In this document: positions 44,671-58,636 of the stretch, piece by piece
Layout of the letters: each line of letters starts with the position of its first letter
Numbering within the stretch: position 1 is the stretch's first letter
Origin: Eledone cirrhosa
Lineage: Eukaryota
Assembly (NCBI GenBank): GCA_964016885.1
Contig: OZ024740.1
Span: forward strand, 192,076,001-192,140,000
Direction: 5' to 3'
Length of the DNA: 64,000 nt
Made by a program: the position numbers and the translations under genes
The notes under the pieces: model-generated
What the model saw: the letters and a program-made list of their open reading frames with translations, nothing else
The model's database searches: none
What the model was told of the DNA's origin: nothing

Positions 44671-44729
44671 TCGCGTGCGTGCGTGTAAATAGATGTGCAT
44701 GTATGTATATTGTGTGTATATGTATGTAT

Positions 44730-45323
44730 GTCAGGTCACCAGTTGGTGGTACTGGTAACATGTGTCCCAGTACAGCCTGGTCGGGTCGTTGACGACTAAA
44801 CTGGCAACCACACCAAGTTTTCTTGGTGAGGAGGGTGACTTTGTACATTCCACAGGACTCAAAACAAAACCTGTCAAAGGGCAAAGGAGCTCTTAAGAGT
44901 CAATGGCCATCCAAAATCACCGGGAGAGATGACCCCTTAGCCTTTATCAAGGCAGAATTCTAGGAGAAGGAAAACTCTGATATAACACCTGCAACCCTGA
45001 TTGTATCCAATGATGTTGTTCTTCTTTTTGGTAAATATCATATTGGTTAAGAGAGTGGGACTGGCTTTGTGCAGTGCCTTTGCTCACTATAAAAGCTTCA
45101 TGGTATAGGCATTGCTCTATATATGGATATCTTTCTGCATTTGTCACATGGTAACATGTGCCCAGCACTATGTGTCAATAATTGTCACAAGTATAGTGTT
45201 TGTACCAGAGTTTTCAAGTCGCTGGATGGACTAAAAAGTCACACTCGTTCAGCGCATCGGTAGGGTTCTCCTACATGGATATAAAGTAGTGGCCGTACTC
45301 GAAAACGAGTTGGCAGCTACCAT
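44730..45323 (+). mobile_element. Non-autonomous RTE-derived element, colinear copy
   Basis: RTE-like 5' UTR fused to a C-terminal VCTRVFKSLDGLKSHTRSAH remnant; sits in (TATG)n. Confidence 0.65.
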
Positions 45324-45762
45324 ATGTATGTATGTATGTGTGTGTGTGTATGTATGCTTTTGGGCACGTATTTTTGTCTGTATGTGTACATATATTTATA
45401 TATATGTATGTGTTTATGAGCTTGTTCGCGTATATGCATGTTTTCTACTTTTTATTTATTTTTTATAGTGTTATTTTATATTACAACCCCTCCCACTAAC
45501 TTTCTCTTTGCTTTAATGTTTTTATTATTATCTTATTATTATTTCATTTATTCAGCATATTTTATATTTGTATCGACCTTCCGTCTGACACTGCGTTGAC
45601 TTTAAACACTCCCTTCCCTGTGTATATCACATACATGTATGTGGTTGCGCGTGTCTGTATGTTTATACGTATGCATCCTTTCATCCTTGTATGTATATTT
45701 CAGCGCTTAGTCTCTGAGTCTGTATGTACGCTAACTCCATTATCTTACAATTTCTATTTTCA

Positions 45763-45857
<95 letters not shown>

Positions 45858-45937
45858 ATATGTACACGTAACAGCCGTATGAAGAGAGTGAAATGAAATT
45901 TCGTTTCATTTTTTCCGTTTATATATATATATATATA

Positions 45938-46800
45938 TTAGAATGATCGAGTATCGAAAAATCGGCGTACGAGTTCACGACAAACAAAATTCGATATGAG
46001 CAGCAGAGTGCTCACTGATTTAGATAAATCAGAGCTATAACTATCGTTAAAATACCGTCACACACAAAACAAGTCTATAATCAACCGCACGATCGAAAAT
46101 TTGCGATTACGGAAGATTCGGGACACTCAGATAAAAAGTCTCAATAATTCAATAAATTAAATGAATGTAAAAAGCATACCCGGACCCGCTAGGAAGATGT
46201 TAAATCGAGCTTCTTGGGTTTCTGTAAATCCTTAAACTGCTCCCTATCAGCTCACATGAAAATATATAAGACTTCTAGAATTCAGCGGACAGGAAATTTA
46301 CTTCTTCAACGAGCTTTGTCCAAACGGATAAAATGGCATAACCCAAGCTAAATACGCACATGGAATTCGGGAAGGGAGATAACCTCTACATCCGTGAAAA
46401 CTATTCGAGAAAATGTGGAAATACACATATCGAATAAAAGTGCTCAATAGACATGTTAAAATAAACAGGAGCTATTCATCACTTAATAGAATCGACAAAA
46501 AATGAACAATAAAATTAACTGGTCAATAGCTATGTCTAGAGCTAAATATATTAGAATGATCGAGTATCGAAAAATCGGCGTACGAGTTCACGACAAACAA
46601 AATTCGATATGAGCGGCAGAGTGCTCACTGATTTAGATAAATCAGAGATATAACTATCGTTAAAATACCGTCACACACAAAACAAGTCTATAATCAACCG
46701 CACGATCGAAAATTTGCGATTACAGAAGATTTGGGACACTCAGATAAAAAATCTCAATAATTCAATAAATTAAATGAATGGAAAAAGCATACCCGGACCC
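45938..46800 (-). mobile_element. 613-bp unit plus partial second unit (sister subfamily of the 585-bp unit), large hammerhead 46178-46314
   Basis: Repeat starts at 45938 and 46551. Motif: gctcg-TTGAAGA-a-gtaaat...atttac-a-GAAAC-cc...gg-GTC-cgggt. Confidence 0.75.
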
Positions 46801-47151
46801 ACATTTTCGGCGTGCAGGAAAAGCGAAGCGAAACGCAAAAATGAGAAATGATACTAGCAAAGTGCACAATAGTTAAAAGCCGGAGCTAGTTGTCACACAT
46901 ACACTAATATGTTTGCCCTCATGTATGTACTTACGCACATATGTTTTCACTATACACATGCAGTTGTACATAGACACATGTACATATGTACATATGTATG
47001 TGCATGTAGACACATTTACACACATCCCCTTACTATATTTCGTTATTTTTATTTTTTATACATTTCTTGTATTATTAATTTTGTTTATGTTTTGCCCGTT
47101 AAACTTTTAGCCTTTCTTGAGGAGATTTTTCAAATGTTTCACTATGTTTTA

Positions 47152-47229
47152 AATTGCCTTATCTGACGAACGAATGCGGACGTTTATTGTATTGGCCTTA
47201 TTCGGGAAACCTCTGGTAATGAGGTAATT
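47152..47229 (+). ncRNA. Type I hammerhead ribozyme motif
   Basis: aattgccttat-CTGACGA-a-cgaat...attcg-g-GAAAC-ctctg-GTA-atgaggtaatt; 11-bp stem I. Confidence 0.8.
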
Positions 47230-47312
47230 ATATTGTATTGTTTATTATACATTAAATATATATATATATAATAATAATAAAATAACAGGAGGCTGGACTT
47301 GAAATGTTTATT

Positions 47313-47370
47313 ATACTATGATCATTTCAATGACCGTGGTCCGTATGAAGTCGGTGATATCATCAGGTAT
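47313..47370 (-). ncRNA. Type I hammerhead ribozyme motif (AUA triplet)
   Basis: atac-CTGATGA-t-atcaccg...cggtcat-t-GAAAT-gatc-ATA-gtat, then AATAAA. Confidence 0.7.
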
Positions 47371-47515
47371 TCGAAATATAATAAATGAATGTAACAGATA
47401 ACATCCATGGGGCTGAAAATCATAGACCCGAGGACGACCGACCATCTAGCATCTTCTATTGCATCAAGATTGACCATACGGAATGACCAACCCTTTGCAG
47501 TGGTGAACCTTCAAA

Positions 47516-47556
<41 letters not shown>

Positions 47557-47660
47557 ATATACATTCAGGGAATGTAACTTGGAGCTACTGTAGGTTCACC
47601 CGGGTGACCACTAGATGTTTAGATTCACTTCAGTGTCAAGTGTAGAGCTATACAGAATGT

Positions 47661-49793
47661 ATTATAGTGAAATATAGCAAGGACGATTGGTTACTCCTTC
47701 ATTACATTTATTGTTTGGTGACGCGCGTTTCGCCACAGATCAGCTCAAGGTTCGATCTGTATCGATCTTACCCGATTCTTTTATCTGCAGCTCGATGGAC
47801 CCCCTTGAAATGCTAGTAGAAAATGAATACATGCTATATGATAAAGTCAGAATTTCATATTTTGGTCAATAAAGTTTGTTTTGATTGGTGGAATTGTTCA
47901 TAGAAATGTGTTTGCTTGTAGCGCATGTGGGGGTGGATGTGATGATAAGATGGTGGTGACGGTCGCAAGCTGAGGTGGGCAGCAGTGTGGGGGTGGTGTA
48001 TTGTCGGTAGACTGATTGGCACACATTCGTTGCTGCTTTGTGTGTGTTGTGTGGTTGTGTTGTTGTTTGGGGTAATGGTGTTTATGATGGTGTGATGGAT
48101 GAGTAGGTGGTGTCAAATTCAATAAGGAGATACATACATAGACACACTTAGTCTGACAAAAACGTTGCATACATACACATATGTATATATATATATATAT
48201 GTGTATAGAGAGAGGGAGAGCCAGTTGAGATGACGTTGTACATAGAGAGAGGAGGAGAGCCAAAGGAGATGGCGTTGTACATATAAATATACTTACACAC
48301 ATACACACACACTTGCATTGTTTAGGGAGGGAAGATATGTGTAGGTGATGTTAATGATGTTAATGATTGTTGAAGTATGTAAATGTGCCTTTTTGGTAGT
48401 GTTGTGTGGGACAAAATATATACAGGTTAAAAAGTAACATAGGGAACCCAGGGCAAACAAGGCTGTGAACGTATAGCGATGTGTGCGGTCTTGTTGGTGG
48501 TGGAGCCAATGGGGTGATATGTTTAATAATATATTTACATGATCGGATGTTACGGTGGTTTACAAGGTAACACCTGACAGAAAGGACAGATATAACACAA
48601 TGGTTCTGAGGGGGAGGGATGATATGTGTTGGTGATGTTAAAGATGTTAATTATGTTAATGATTATTGAAGTATGGAGATGTATCTGGTGGTGGCGATGG
48701 TGGTATGTGCGACAGAATATTTACAGGATCGAATTTTACGAAGGATTGCAGTTTAAAAAACGAGAGAGGGAACAAGGGGAAAAGGGGTTGTGGATGAGGG
48801 ATGGTATACATATAGCGATGTGTATGGTGGTGATGGTGTTGGCGCTGGGATGAAATGTTCGACAATATATTACAGGATCGGATGCTACTATGGTTTACAA
48901 GGTAAAACCTGACAGAGATGACAGATAGAAAACAATGTTACTGAGATAAGGGGTGTATGGCGATGTGTCTTTTGGTGGGGGTGATGGATGCGACATGATA
49001 TTTACAAAATCTGAACTTACAAAGGGTTATATGTTATAAAACAAATGCTCTGAGATGAGGGACGGTGTGGCAAGGCAAAGGTGGTTATCACTATGTTGAG
49101 TCATGGTTAGTGTGCGGCCGTCGGCCGAATGATTGTGCATAGAAGGTGTTCAAACTTGTGTGTCTACAATTTATAATTATGTCAGACCTAGAGTTTATGG
49201 CAGATTGTAATTTAATTATCTCAGCCGCCTCGGCTAGGCATAACCTGCAGTGGTTTCTGTCACTGGGGAGTTGGGCCACGCATCTTTTGACTGACCATAT
49301 GATCTGGAATTCGATGTTCCTGTCTTTGAGGTCCCAGATCAAATCGCCCAGTCTTGTTTGGGATCGTTTAGCCTATGTTTAAAGAAGCTTCTGCGGTTAA
49401 ACCAGCGCTCCTTAAACGTAGTGGAAGTCGCACCAATATATGAGTACTCTTTATTGCCAGCTGTGATATCACACCGGTAAATAATGTTTTTAACGAGGCA
49501 CTCCCCATTTAGTGGTCATTCTACCCGTTTTTTGCAGTTGCAGTTGGGGGTTACCGATTTGTTGGCACGTTGTCGGTTGTTCGCATGCTGTGTGGAGCTG
49601 GCATGTGGGTTGTTCTGGTGTGTTGTGTATGTGGTTTCGTTCTGTTTTGCGGTAGTGGTTTGTTATGGGCTACCATGCGTTTGCGTATTTTTTTCCTATT
49701 AGTGTGTGCTATTGAGCTGATCAGTGGCAAACACGCGTCACCAACCAATTAATGTAATGAAGGAGTAGCCAATCGTCCTTTTTATCTTTTTAC

Positions 49794-49797
<4 letters not shown>
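47661..49797 (-). mobile_element. Decayed Hydra-like Penelope element with inverted terminal pseudo-LTR piece
   Basis: Inverted ends 47661-47748 and 49713-49797. Protein: MVAHNK...NCNCKKRVE*PLNGECLVKNIIYRCDI...YIGATSTTFKERW...IWDLKD...CRLCLAE...INSRSD...CRH. Degenerate hammerhead 47717-47801. Confidence 0.8.
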
Positions 49798-49844
<47 letters not shown>

Positions 49845-49846
<2 letters not shown>

Positions 49847-50145
49847 GTATGTAAAGTATATTTGGCAATATACGGTATATTTATATGTTTAATTAAAAAA
49901 ATGTTGAAGACCTTGCGCTATCATTTTAAAGAAGTGACAAAGAAGGGAGTACGTCGCGCTGAGGAACACCAACAGTGTTAAACAGAATCTGACAGCTTCT
50001 CTCCCTTTGCCGAAAAATGAAGTAAGTCACTACTTTAAAATGATAGCGCAAGGTCTTCAAAATGTTTTGAATTAAACATACGGTATATGGCCAAATATAC
50101 TATACATACATTCATCTATACATCGCTATTTCAGAGCACCAATCC

Positions 50146-50150
<5 letters not shown>
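49845..50150. mobile_element. Fold-back PLE relic with degenerate hammerhead (~49955-49996)
   Basis: Arms 49845-49937 and 50026-50111; CTGAGGA-acac(caaca)gtgt-TAAAC in the spacer. Confidence 0.6.
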
Positions 50151-50186
<36 letters not shown>

Positions 50187-50716
50187 AGTGTAATTTTCTA
50201 CACAAAACGAAGGTTATAGAGAAAATTGAGGTTGGTAATGGCACATGGAATATATAAGAGACAGAATACTTTTTTGTGAAAAAACATAATTTTATAAGGT
50301 AAGGAAATAATAAAGGGTATAAAAAATGACCGGTTTCGATGGGTCTGCAAAAGCCATCTTTTCAAATGTTGATTAATATTAAGAAAAAATAATAATACGA
50401 AGAGTTAAAATTTGAGACTTGAAAATTCAAGTATAAAATTCATTGTGGGAGTTCATAGCAGTTTTCATCTAGGTAGCAACAACAGGTTGACTGCTGTGTC
50501 CCTTTCTGGTAGTGAATGAGAAGTTATTTGGGGTGTGGGTTATTTTATAAAGGTCAGATTTAGCAATCGCCAGCTGCTGGTCAGTGAGGGGTTGGAAGCA
50601 ATATACACACACATATCTTCCTGTGATGGGTAGGAGAGTGGAGCGTGATAGAAAAGGATTTAGTGCACTTACACCTATATATACACACACACCTTCATCC
50701 ACACATACATACATAT

Positions 50717-50757
<41 letters not shown>

Positions 50758-50826
50758 CACACATACATACACACACACATACATATACATACACACATAC
50801 ACACACACACACATATATATACACAT

Positions 50827-50877
<51 letters not shown>

Positions 50878-50916
50878 TATATATACATACACATACATCC
50901 AGATACACACATACAT

Positions 50917-50985
<69 letters not shown>

Positions 50986-51087
50986 CACACACACACCCCC
51001 ACACATACATACACACACACATATATATATACATACACACATACAAACATACACACACACACACATATATATACACACATACACACA

Positions 51088-51118
<31 letters not shown>

Positions 51119-51166
51119 GCATATATATATATATATACACATACGCATACATCCAGATACCCACAT

Positions 51167-51197
<31 letters not shown>

Positions 51198-51602
51198 CAA
51201 TACATACATCCACATGCACACACATACTCACACACACACACACACACACATGCATACACCCACACACAGAGAAATGGCCTCCAAATATATATATATATAT
51301 ATACATACAGACACATATATTTTTTCCATAATATAAGAAGTTGGAGCAGTGAAATTAAAATACAAGTCATTCTGATCACATTGAGTTCTTCATGTAGATT
51401 GGGCCCCGCAACCGACAGTGGTGAATTCTGTGTGCGCATATATATATAGATATATGTGTGTGCACGTGCAGGGTTTAACATGGATGTGTTGGTCACACAA
51501 AGGCATGGTCTGTCAATGAATAAACCTGATTCTACAGAACTGGTCTCTGGTCTTTAATAGTAGTGATTCCGTGCGTATGTGTGTTTATATTTTATGACAA
51601 TT

Positions 51603-53860
51603 CTATTGGGGTGATAACCCGTTTAGTTTTGGTTTAAATTTGTTAAGGAATAGATTTTCTTTGTTTATTCTTTGTTGTTGTGTGAAAGAATCTGAGCACT
51701 TGTAGAAGGGGAAGATTTTAAAGTTGGGTAGTGTCATTCCTGTGCAGTTCGCAATATGGCTGCTCAAGGGGATTTTTCTTGTGTTAGCGTCCCGGATTTG
51801 TTGGCGGTTGATGGTCATTCTTTTGCATAATGAGTGCCCGTCTGTCCTATGTAGTTGTGTTTGCACCCACCGCAAGTTATTGCGTAAATCAAGTTCTCCG
51901 AGTTGCAGGTGAAATTGTTTTTTACTGTAAATGTTTGGCCATCATTGAATGTAAATGTTTGTCCTTCAGTGAGGTAGAGGCACGTTCCACAGTTTGTTCT
52001 ACCACATTTGGTAACTGTAGGGTTGAGGATTGGTTTGGGTATTTTTGGTCCAGTGAGAATGCGTTTAAGTGATTTGGGTTGTCTTTTACTTTTAAGGATC
52101 TTGTGTGTTTCAAGAATAGACTTCATTTTTACATCTTTAAGTAGGATGGGGAGGTTTTTGTGTAGGTGATCAAACATTTCGGTATTTCTGGGGTTGAAAG
52201 TGGATACATATGGCAGGGTGTTTAGTGTGGTTTTCTGTTTTGGATTGTTAAGTTGATGGGGATTTAGGTGTTTTGCCCTGTCTATTCCATTGTTGATTAT
52301 TTCAAGTGGAAAGGCTCTTAAGATAAGGGTGTCTTTTAGTTCCTTTAGTCTTTGCTCCCGTTTAGGTGGATCTGATACTATGGTACATATACGTTTGGCC
52401 AAATTGTAAGGAATGTTAAGTTTTGTATGTTTTGGGTGACTTGATGTGAAAAAGAGGTATTGCTTGGAATCTGTGGGTTTATAGAATATATCTGTATCTA
52501 ATTTCCCGTCTATTACAGAGATGAGAATATCCAAGAAGGCTAATTCCTTAGGATTGGATTCCATTGTGAATTGTATGTTATTATCTATGTTGTTTATCAT
52601 GTTTTTAAACGTAGTAAGTGAGTTCATGTCTTCTTGCCATAGGATAAAGCAGTCGTCTAGATATCTTTTCCAATTGGCTTTGAGGTGTGTGTGGAAAGAG
52701 TCTCCAAATAAGAGAAGGGACTGACTGTATATTTGTTGTTCATGGAATCCCATGACTAGGTTGGCATATGTGGGTGCTACTTTCGTGCCCATTGCCGTAC
52801 CTGATACTTGTCTGTATGTTGAACCATTGAATGTGAAGTAGTTATTTTGTAGGATAAAGCGGAGTCCGTCAGTGATAAAATCTGTGTTGATGCGTGTCGG
52901 TATTTCTGATGGGTGTGTGTTAAGCCAGTATTGGACTGCTGTTATTCCATAGTTGTGAGGTATGTTTGTGTAGAGGTTTATTACGTCAAAGGAGACAAGA
53001 ATTGTATTTGCACTTACTGTTTTAGGGAGGTGTTTCAGCATGTCAAGGTCATCTCGTATGTAGCTCTGTATATGTTGTAGAAAGGGTTTCAGTAGGATGT
53101 CCAGAAAGTTGCTAAGTCTGTGGGTTTCACATGTAGGGCCTGCTATAATTGGCCTGAGTTTTAGGTCTTCTGGTGGTGTTAGTTCAATGTAATTGTTGGT
53201 TGAGGTGTCACATGCATCGTTTATGGGTTTACATTTGTGAAGTTTCGGTAAGCCGTAAAAAGAGCTTGTATTGCATTTGAAGTGGCTTATATAGTTAAAC
53301 TCTTTTGTGGTTAAGCTGTTGCGGTATTTATTCAGTAAGGTCAAAAGGTTCCCCATTGTTTTGGTGTGTTTGTAGTTTTCTGTTTTTTCATAGTATGTGT
53401 TGTTTTCTAAAATGTTAAGTGCGAGGGTTCTATAGTAGTCCGTATTCATAATCACAACAGTACTGCCTTTATCGGCTTCTTTGATAGTTATCTCAGGGTT
53501 GTTTCTAAGTGTGAATAATTCTTCCCATTCGTGTGTAGATAGGTTTGATTTCGTGTGTTTATTTGTAATTTTTTCATAGGGAAAGTTGGTGATGTGTTCG
53601 CAGTACGTGTCCAGTGCTTTATTTCTTCCCTTTTGTGGGCAGAAATTGCTTTTATTTCTAACCAGTGATTCGTCTTCAGTGTTGGTGTCGTTGTGGAAGA
53701 ATTCCGTTAGTCGCAGCTTTCGGCAGTATTCCATGATGTCATCCTTCATTTCGGGGAAGTTTGGTTTACGTGGTGTAGGTGTAAATTTCAGGCCCTTACT
53801 TAAAATGTTGATTTGTGTGTTGGTTAGAGGTGTCTTTGAGAGGTTGATTATTTTTGGTTT
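51603..53860 (-). CDS. Penelope-like reverse transcriptase plus GIY-YIG endonuclease (1-nt frameshift near 51835)
   Basis: KIINLS...[79 protein letters not shown]...YIGQT. The copies at 9030 and 9778 show the intact C-terminus. Confidence 0.9.
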
Positions 53861-54490
53861 CTCCTGAGGGGGGGGGCCATCGAGTATCCTGGTATTTCAG
53901 GCTTTTCCCTAAAAAAGGAATGTAGTTTTGTGTGTGATTATATTTTGTTGGTCTGTTGCGTGTGGGTCTGTAGCTTGTTGTTTCATGAGGGTGAATGTGA
54001 TGGTGGGGGTGGTATGTGTTGTGGTTGTTGATGAGCAAGGGTTCTGTTGTTGGTTCATGTGGTCTGGGTGCGTTATTTCTGTGGTACAGAGTGTTGAGGC
54101 TGGGGGGTTGTCTTTTGTTGGATTGAGGGTGATGTCTGGTGTGGTTGTGGGTAAGTTCTGTTGTGATTTCAAGTGGCCTGGGTGGATTTCTTCTGAGGAA
54201 TGTGGTGTGTGTGTTGTGAGTTGGATCTATGTTATTTCGTCGTTGGTTTATGTAGGGGGCATTTCTACGGAAACCTGTGTTGTGGTGGTTGGGTGTGTTT
54301 CTTTTGGTGTAGTTGGCCGTATTTGGTTTGTGTTGGTGGGGGATGTGCCTGTGGTTAGTGTGTGTTGGGTTTGGTGGTGTAAATGTGTCTGTTGTAGTTC
54401 TTGTTATGTTCAAATGCTTTATAAAGGGGTTACCTGTTTGGTGCGTCCTTTTAAAGTCTTCTTCATATTCGAGGAACCAGTTTTCGGATT
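53796..54490 (-). CDS. 5'-truncated upstream ORF (N-terminal region) of the Penelope element, His/Thr/Asn/Pro-rich
   Basis: Open frame [11 protein letters not shown]...NYIPFLGK, overlapping the RT frame out of phase. Confidence 0.5.
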
Positions 54491-54655
54491 TTTCTGGATG
54501 TATGCGTATGTGTATATATATATATATATGCGTGTGTGTGTGTGTGTGTGTATATATATGTGTGTGTATGTGTGTATATATATGTGTGTGTGTGTGTGTG
54601 TATGTTTGTATGTGTGTATGTATATATATATGTGTGTGTGTATGTATGTGTGGGG

Positions 54656-54765
<110 letters not shown>

Positions 54766-54796
54766 GTGTATCTGGATGTATGTGTATGTATATATA

Positions 54797-54851
<55 letters not shown>

Positions 54852-54924
54852 ATGTATGTGTATATATATGTGTGTGTGTGTGTATGTGTGTATGTATATG
54901 TATGTGTGTGTGTATGTATGTGTG

Positions 54925-54967
<43 letters not shown>

Positions 54968-55463
54968 GTATATGTATGTATGTGTGGATGAAGGTATGTG
55001 TGTATATATAGGTGTAAGTGCACTAAATCCTTTTCTATCACGCTCCACTCTCCTACCCATCACAGGAAGATATGTGTGTGTATATTGCTTCCACTCCCTC
55101 ACTGACCAGCAGCTGGCGATTGCTAAATCTGACCTTTATAAAATAACCCACACCCCAAATAACTTCTCATTCACTACCAGAAAGGGACACAGCAGTCAAC
55201 CTGTTGTTGCTACCTAGATGAAAACTGCTATGAAATCCCACAATGAATTTTATACTTGAATTTTCAAGTCTCAAATTTTAACTCTTCGTATTATTAATTT
55301 TTCTTAATATTAATCAACATTTGAAAAGATGGCTTTTGCAGACCCATCGAAACCGGTCATTTTTTATACCCTTTATTATTTCCTTACCTTATAAAATTAT
55401 GTTTTTTCACAAAAAAGTATTCTGTCTCTTATATATTCCATGTGCCATTACCAACCTCAATTT

Positions 55464-55499
<36 letters not shown>

Positions 55500-55519
55500 A
55501 TTAGAATTGGTGCTCTGAA

Positions 55520-55550
<31 letters not shown>

Positions 55551-56018
55551 AGGATTTTGCAGTGAAGGTTCATTTTTCTGTTTGTTCACAATATATTTCG
55601 GTAAACATTTGCTTCTAATGTTTCCAATTAGGACAATAAAAAAGTCTGGAAATGTTCAACTTTGATATAAAACAGGCTTTGAAATTTAGAACTATAAAAT
55701 AAATTACTTTTAAATTGAGAACTATGAATACTATTTCGCATAACCTTAGTTCACAACCCAGATTTGGATAATAATACTTATATTTGGGTTCGATATTTTC
55801 CGAATAGTATTGTGCAATAAATGGATTAAGCTGTTTAAAGCAATGAATTATAAATGAATGTATTAAATAATACATTGTTTTGATGTCCGGCCGTTAATTA
55901 CAGTTGTTAGTGCTGCTTCGATAATTCAAGCTATTGTTAGAAGATCTGAAGGATTAGCATTAAGCACAAACATCCAAATTTCTTTAGACTCCACAATTTT
56001 AATAGGTACATAGATATA

Positions 56019-56072
<54 letters not shown>

Positions 56073-56111
56073 TATATATATATATAGATAGATAGATAGA
56101 TAGATAGATAT

Positions 56112-56154
<43 letters not shown>

Positions 56155-57632
56155 TATAGATAAACAGATAGATAGATATATATGAACCAATATATTATTT
56201 CACAGTGTTTTAGAACTAAAACATTTGTATTTTTTAAATATTATTTTCATGGAAATTTATATTATCTCTTAAGATAATATCTGTTGTGTAAAATCTGATT
56301 AATTATGTATATTAGATTAATGCTAAAGCATGATTCTTGCTAAGATAAAAAAATTGTTTGTGATATACACTTTTATTTAAAATGTTTACTGAGAACCAGA
56401 AACAGAACTTTCGAAGTAATGGTTTGTTCGTTGTGTATAAGGTTTTAACATTTCACATGAACTTCGTTTCACAGAATATATTACAGGGAACTAGTGAAGA
56501 TCAATGTCAATGAATTACCAATAGCACAATATCTTAATGCATCTGTGTTTAGTAAATCTACTTACCAGCTTATAACTACTGAGATTGTCATGAATACTAG
56601 ATACCTAGATATGTGCCGTTCTGTATGCCTCTCTCTTAAATAAAAATAATACTGTTTGTTATGATTGAAATATGATGAATGATGATTTCAGTAGTGGCAG
56701 TGCGAAGAAACGAAAGAAAAACAGAAAGAAAATATAGTTTTTAATCACAGAGATAAAATTAGAGAGTTAGAATAGGATAGCTAACACCTTTTCGTTTCAT
56801 TCACAAACTTGGAGATATGTTGAGTAACGTAATATATAGGGTTACCTTAGTTCTTTGACCATTGAAAGTAATATTTGTTTTTCGAAACTTAATTAACGCT
56901 CTCTTCTGTAAACAAGTTATTATATACATGCTTCTCCTGATTAGAATCCTAAACCTGAAGGGAATGCAACAAACGTATCAGTGTAGACATATCCAGTTCA
57001 AATATATTATTATGGAATACCATAATCAGCAACATGTCATACACGTAATAGATTGATATATGTAATCATTCACTTATATACTTTACTCGAAATTACATTC
57101 TCTATTCACACTTAAATATGCTCTTTGCCATCTGCTCGAAGGCGTAAAATAAAAAAACCTTGAGTTTCTCGAATTAATTTCATCTCACATATTGAATACT
57201 CATTCTTGCAAAGTATAAATATATTTATGGATGAACATATATACATAAGTTCGCTTAATTAGTGAGATGCATTGCCTGTGATAAACAGATATGGTTGAAA
57301 TCAAAAATGTTTTCCTCCAAACACGATGTCCATCGGAACGATTAGGAATACATTATCTATATACTAATAAAAGTCTGTGATTATGAGATTCTCTGTAATT
57401 CAATACAATCAAAACAGCGAATGATGTGGAAATACGTTGAAAGGAAGTTACACCTGAAATGGGAATAAAAATGGAATAAAACAATTTCGCGTAAATCGGA
57501 GCACGGATTCCCAAGATATGGGTTTTTTCAGGGAACCCTCATTAAATGAGAGAGATATTGGTTTTCAGAGAGTAGATACAAGAGCGACATAGAGAGAGAG
57601 AGATATATAGACAGAGAGAGATAGATATATAG

Positions 57633-57718
<86 letters not shown>

Positions 57719-58568
57719 AGACAGAGAAGGACAATGAAAGAGAGAGAGAGAGAGAGTGCTGCTGGTGTTGTTGAAGGAAATCATGCATACTGCATTCCTT
57801 TTTCTAGCCAAAAATTGGTGACAGATTATTAACTCAAATGTATCATATAACTTTTGTGAGGACAGGATGTGTGGAACGAATATTTCCTGCCAAATAGAAA
57901 GTGCTTCTAAATGTGTGTGCATAGGTGTGTGTGCATATATATATATATTCGTGTATGTATCTTTTTGTGCGTGCGTTTGTGTGTGTATGTAAATCTGGGT
58001 ATCTGTGACACACACATATATATTACGAGAAAAGGAAAGCAATTGTCTAAATAATAGCGCATAAAAGATCCTTAACGTAAATGTATGGACGATAGCAACG
58101 ATGAGACAAGAACCATCGTCTTCATGCTTGCCGGGATGACATATTGCCATTGCACCAATGAATGCATTGGTAATATACAATGTTCATTAATGAATATATT
58201 CATATGTATGGAAGGATATGAATAGTATGTGAGATAGATGAAATTAAACGGAGTAGATCCAGGGCTTTCTATTTTACATCTTCAGACAGATGACAAAGTG
58301 TGTATTTAAGTGTGAATGCGTCAATGAATATATATTTTCAACTATTACATGTATGAAATTTAGCTTGCTTATAATGTTCCGTTAGAATATATTTGAACTT
58401 CGCTGTATTAAATGTGGGCTAGCATTATTAAATTGATTCATCTTCAAAATGAGAAAGCTAATCGGATACATGTGATCAAATAGATTTCGAATTATTATTT
58501 ATGTAATTATTAAGACTTCATGTATTCATCATATATCTAAATCTTAACATAATGAAGGATTTATTTTG

Positions 58569-58630
<62 letters not shown>

Positions 58631-58636
<6 letters not shown>

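Noticed and set aside
57356-57375. Helitron-like 5' end TCTATATACTAATAAAAG
   Set aside because: No matching hairpin-CTAG 3' end found.
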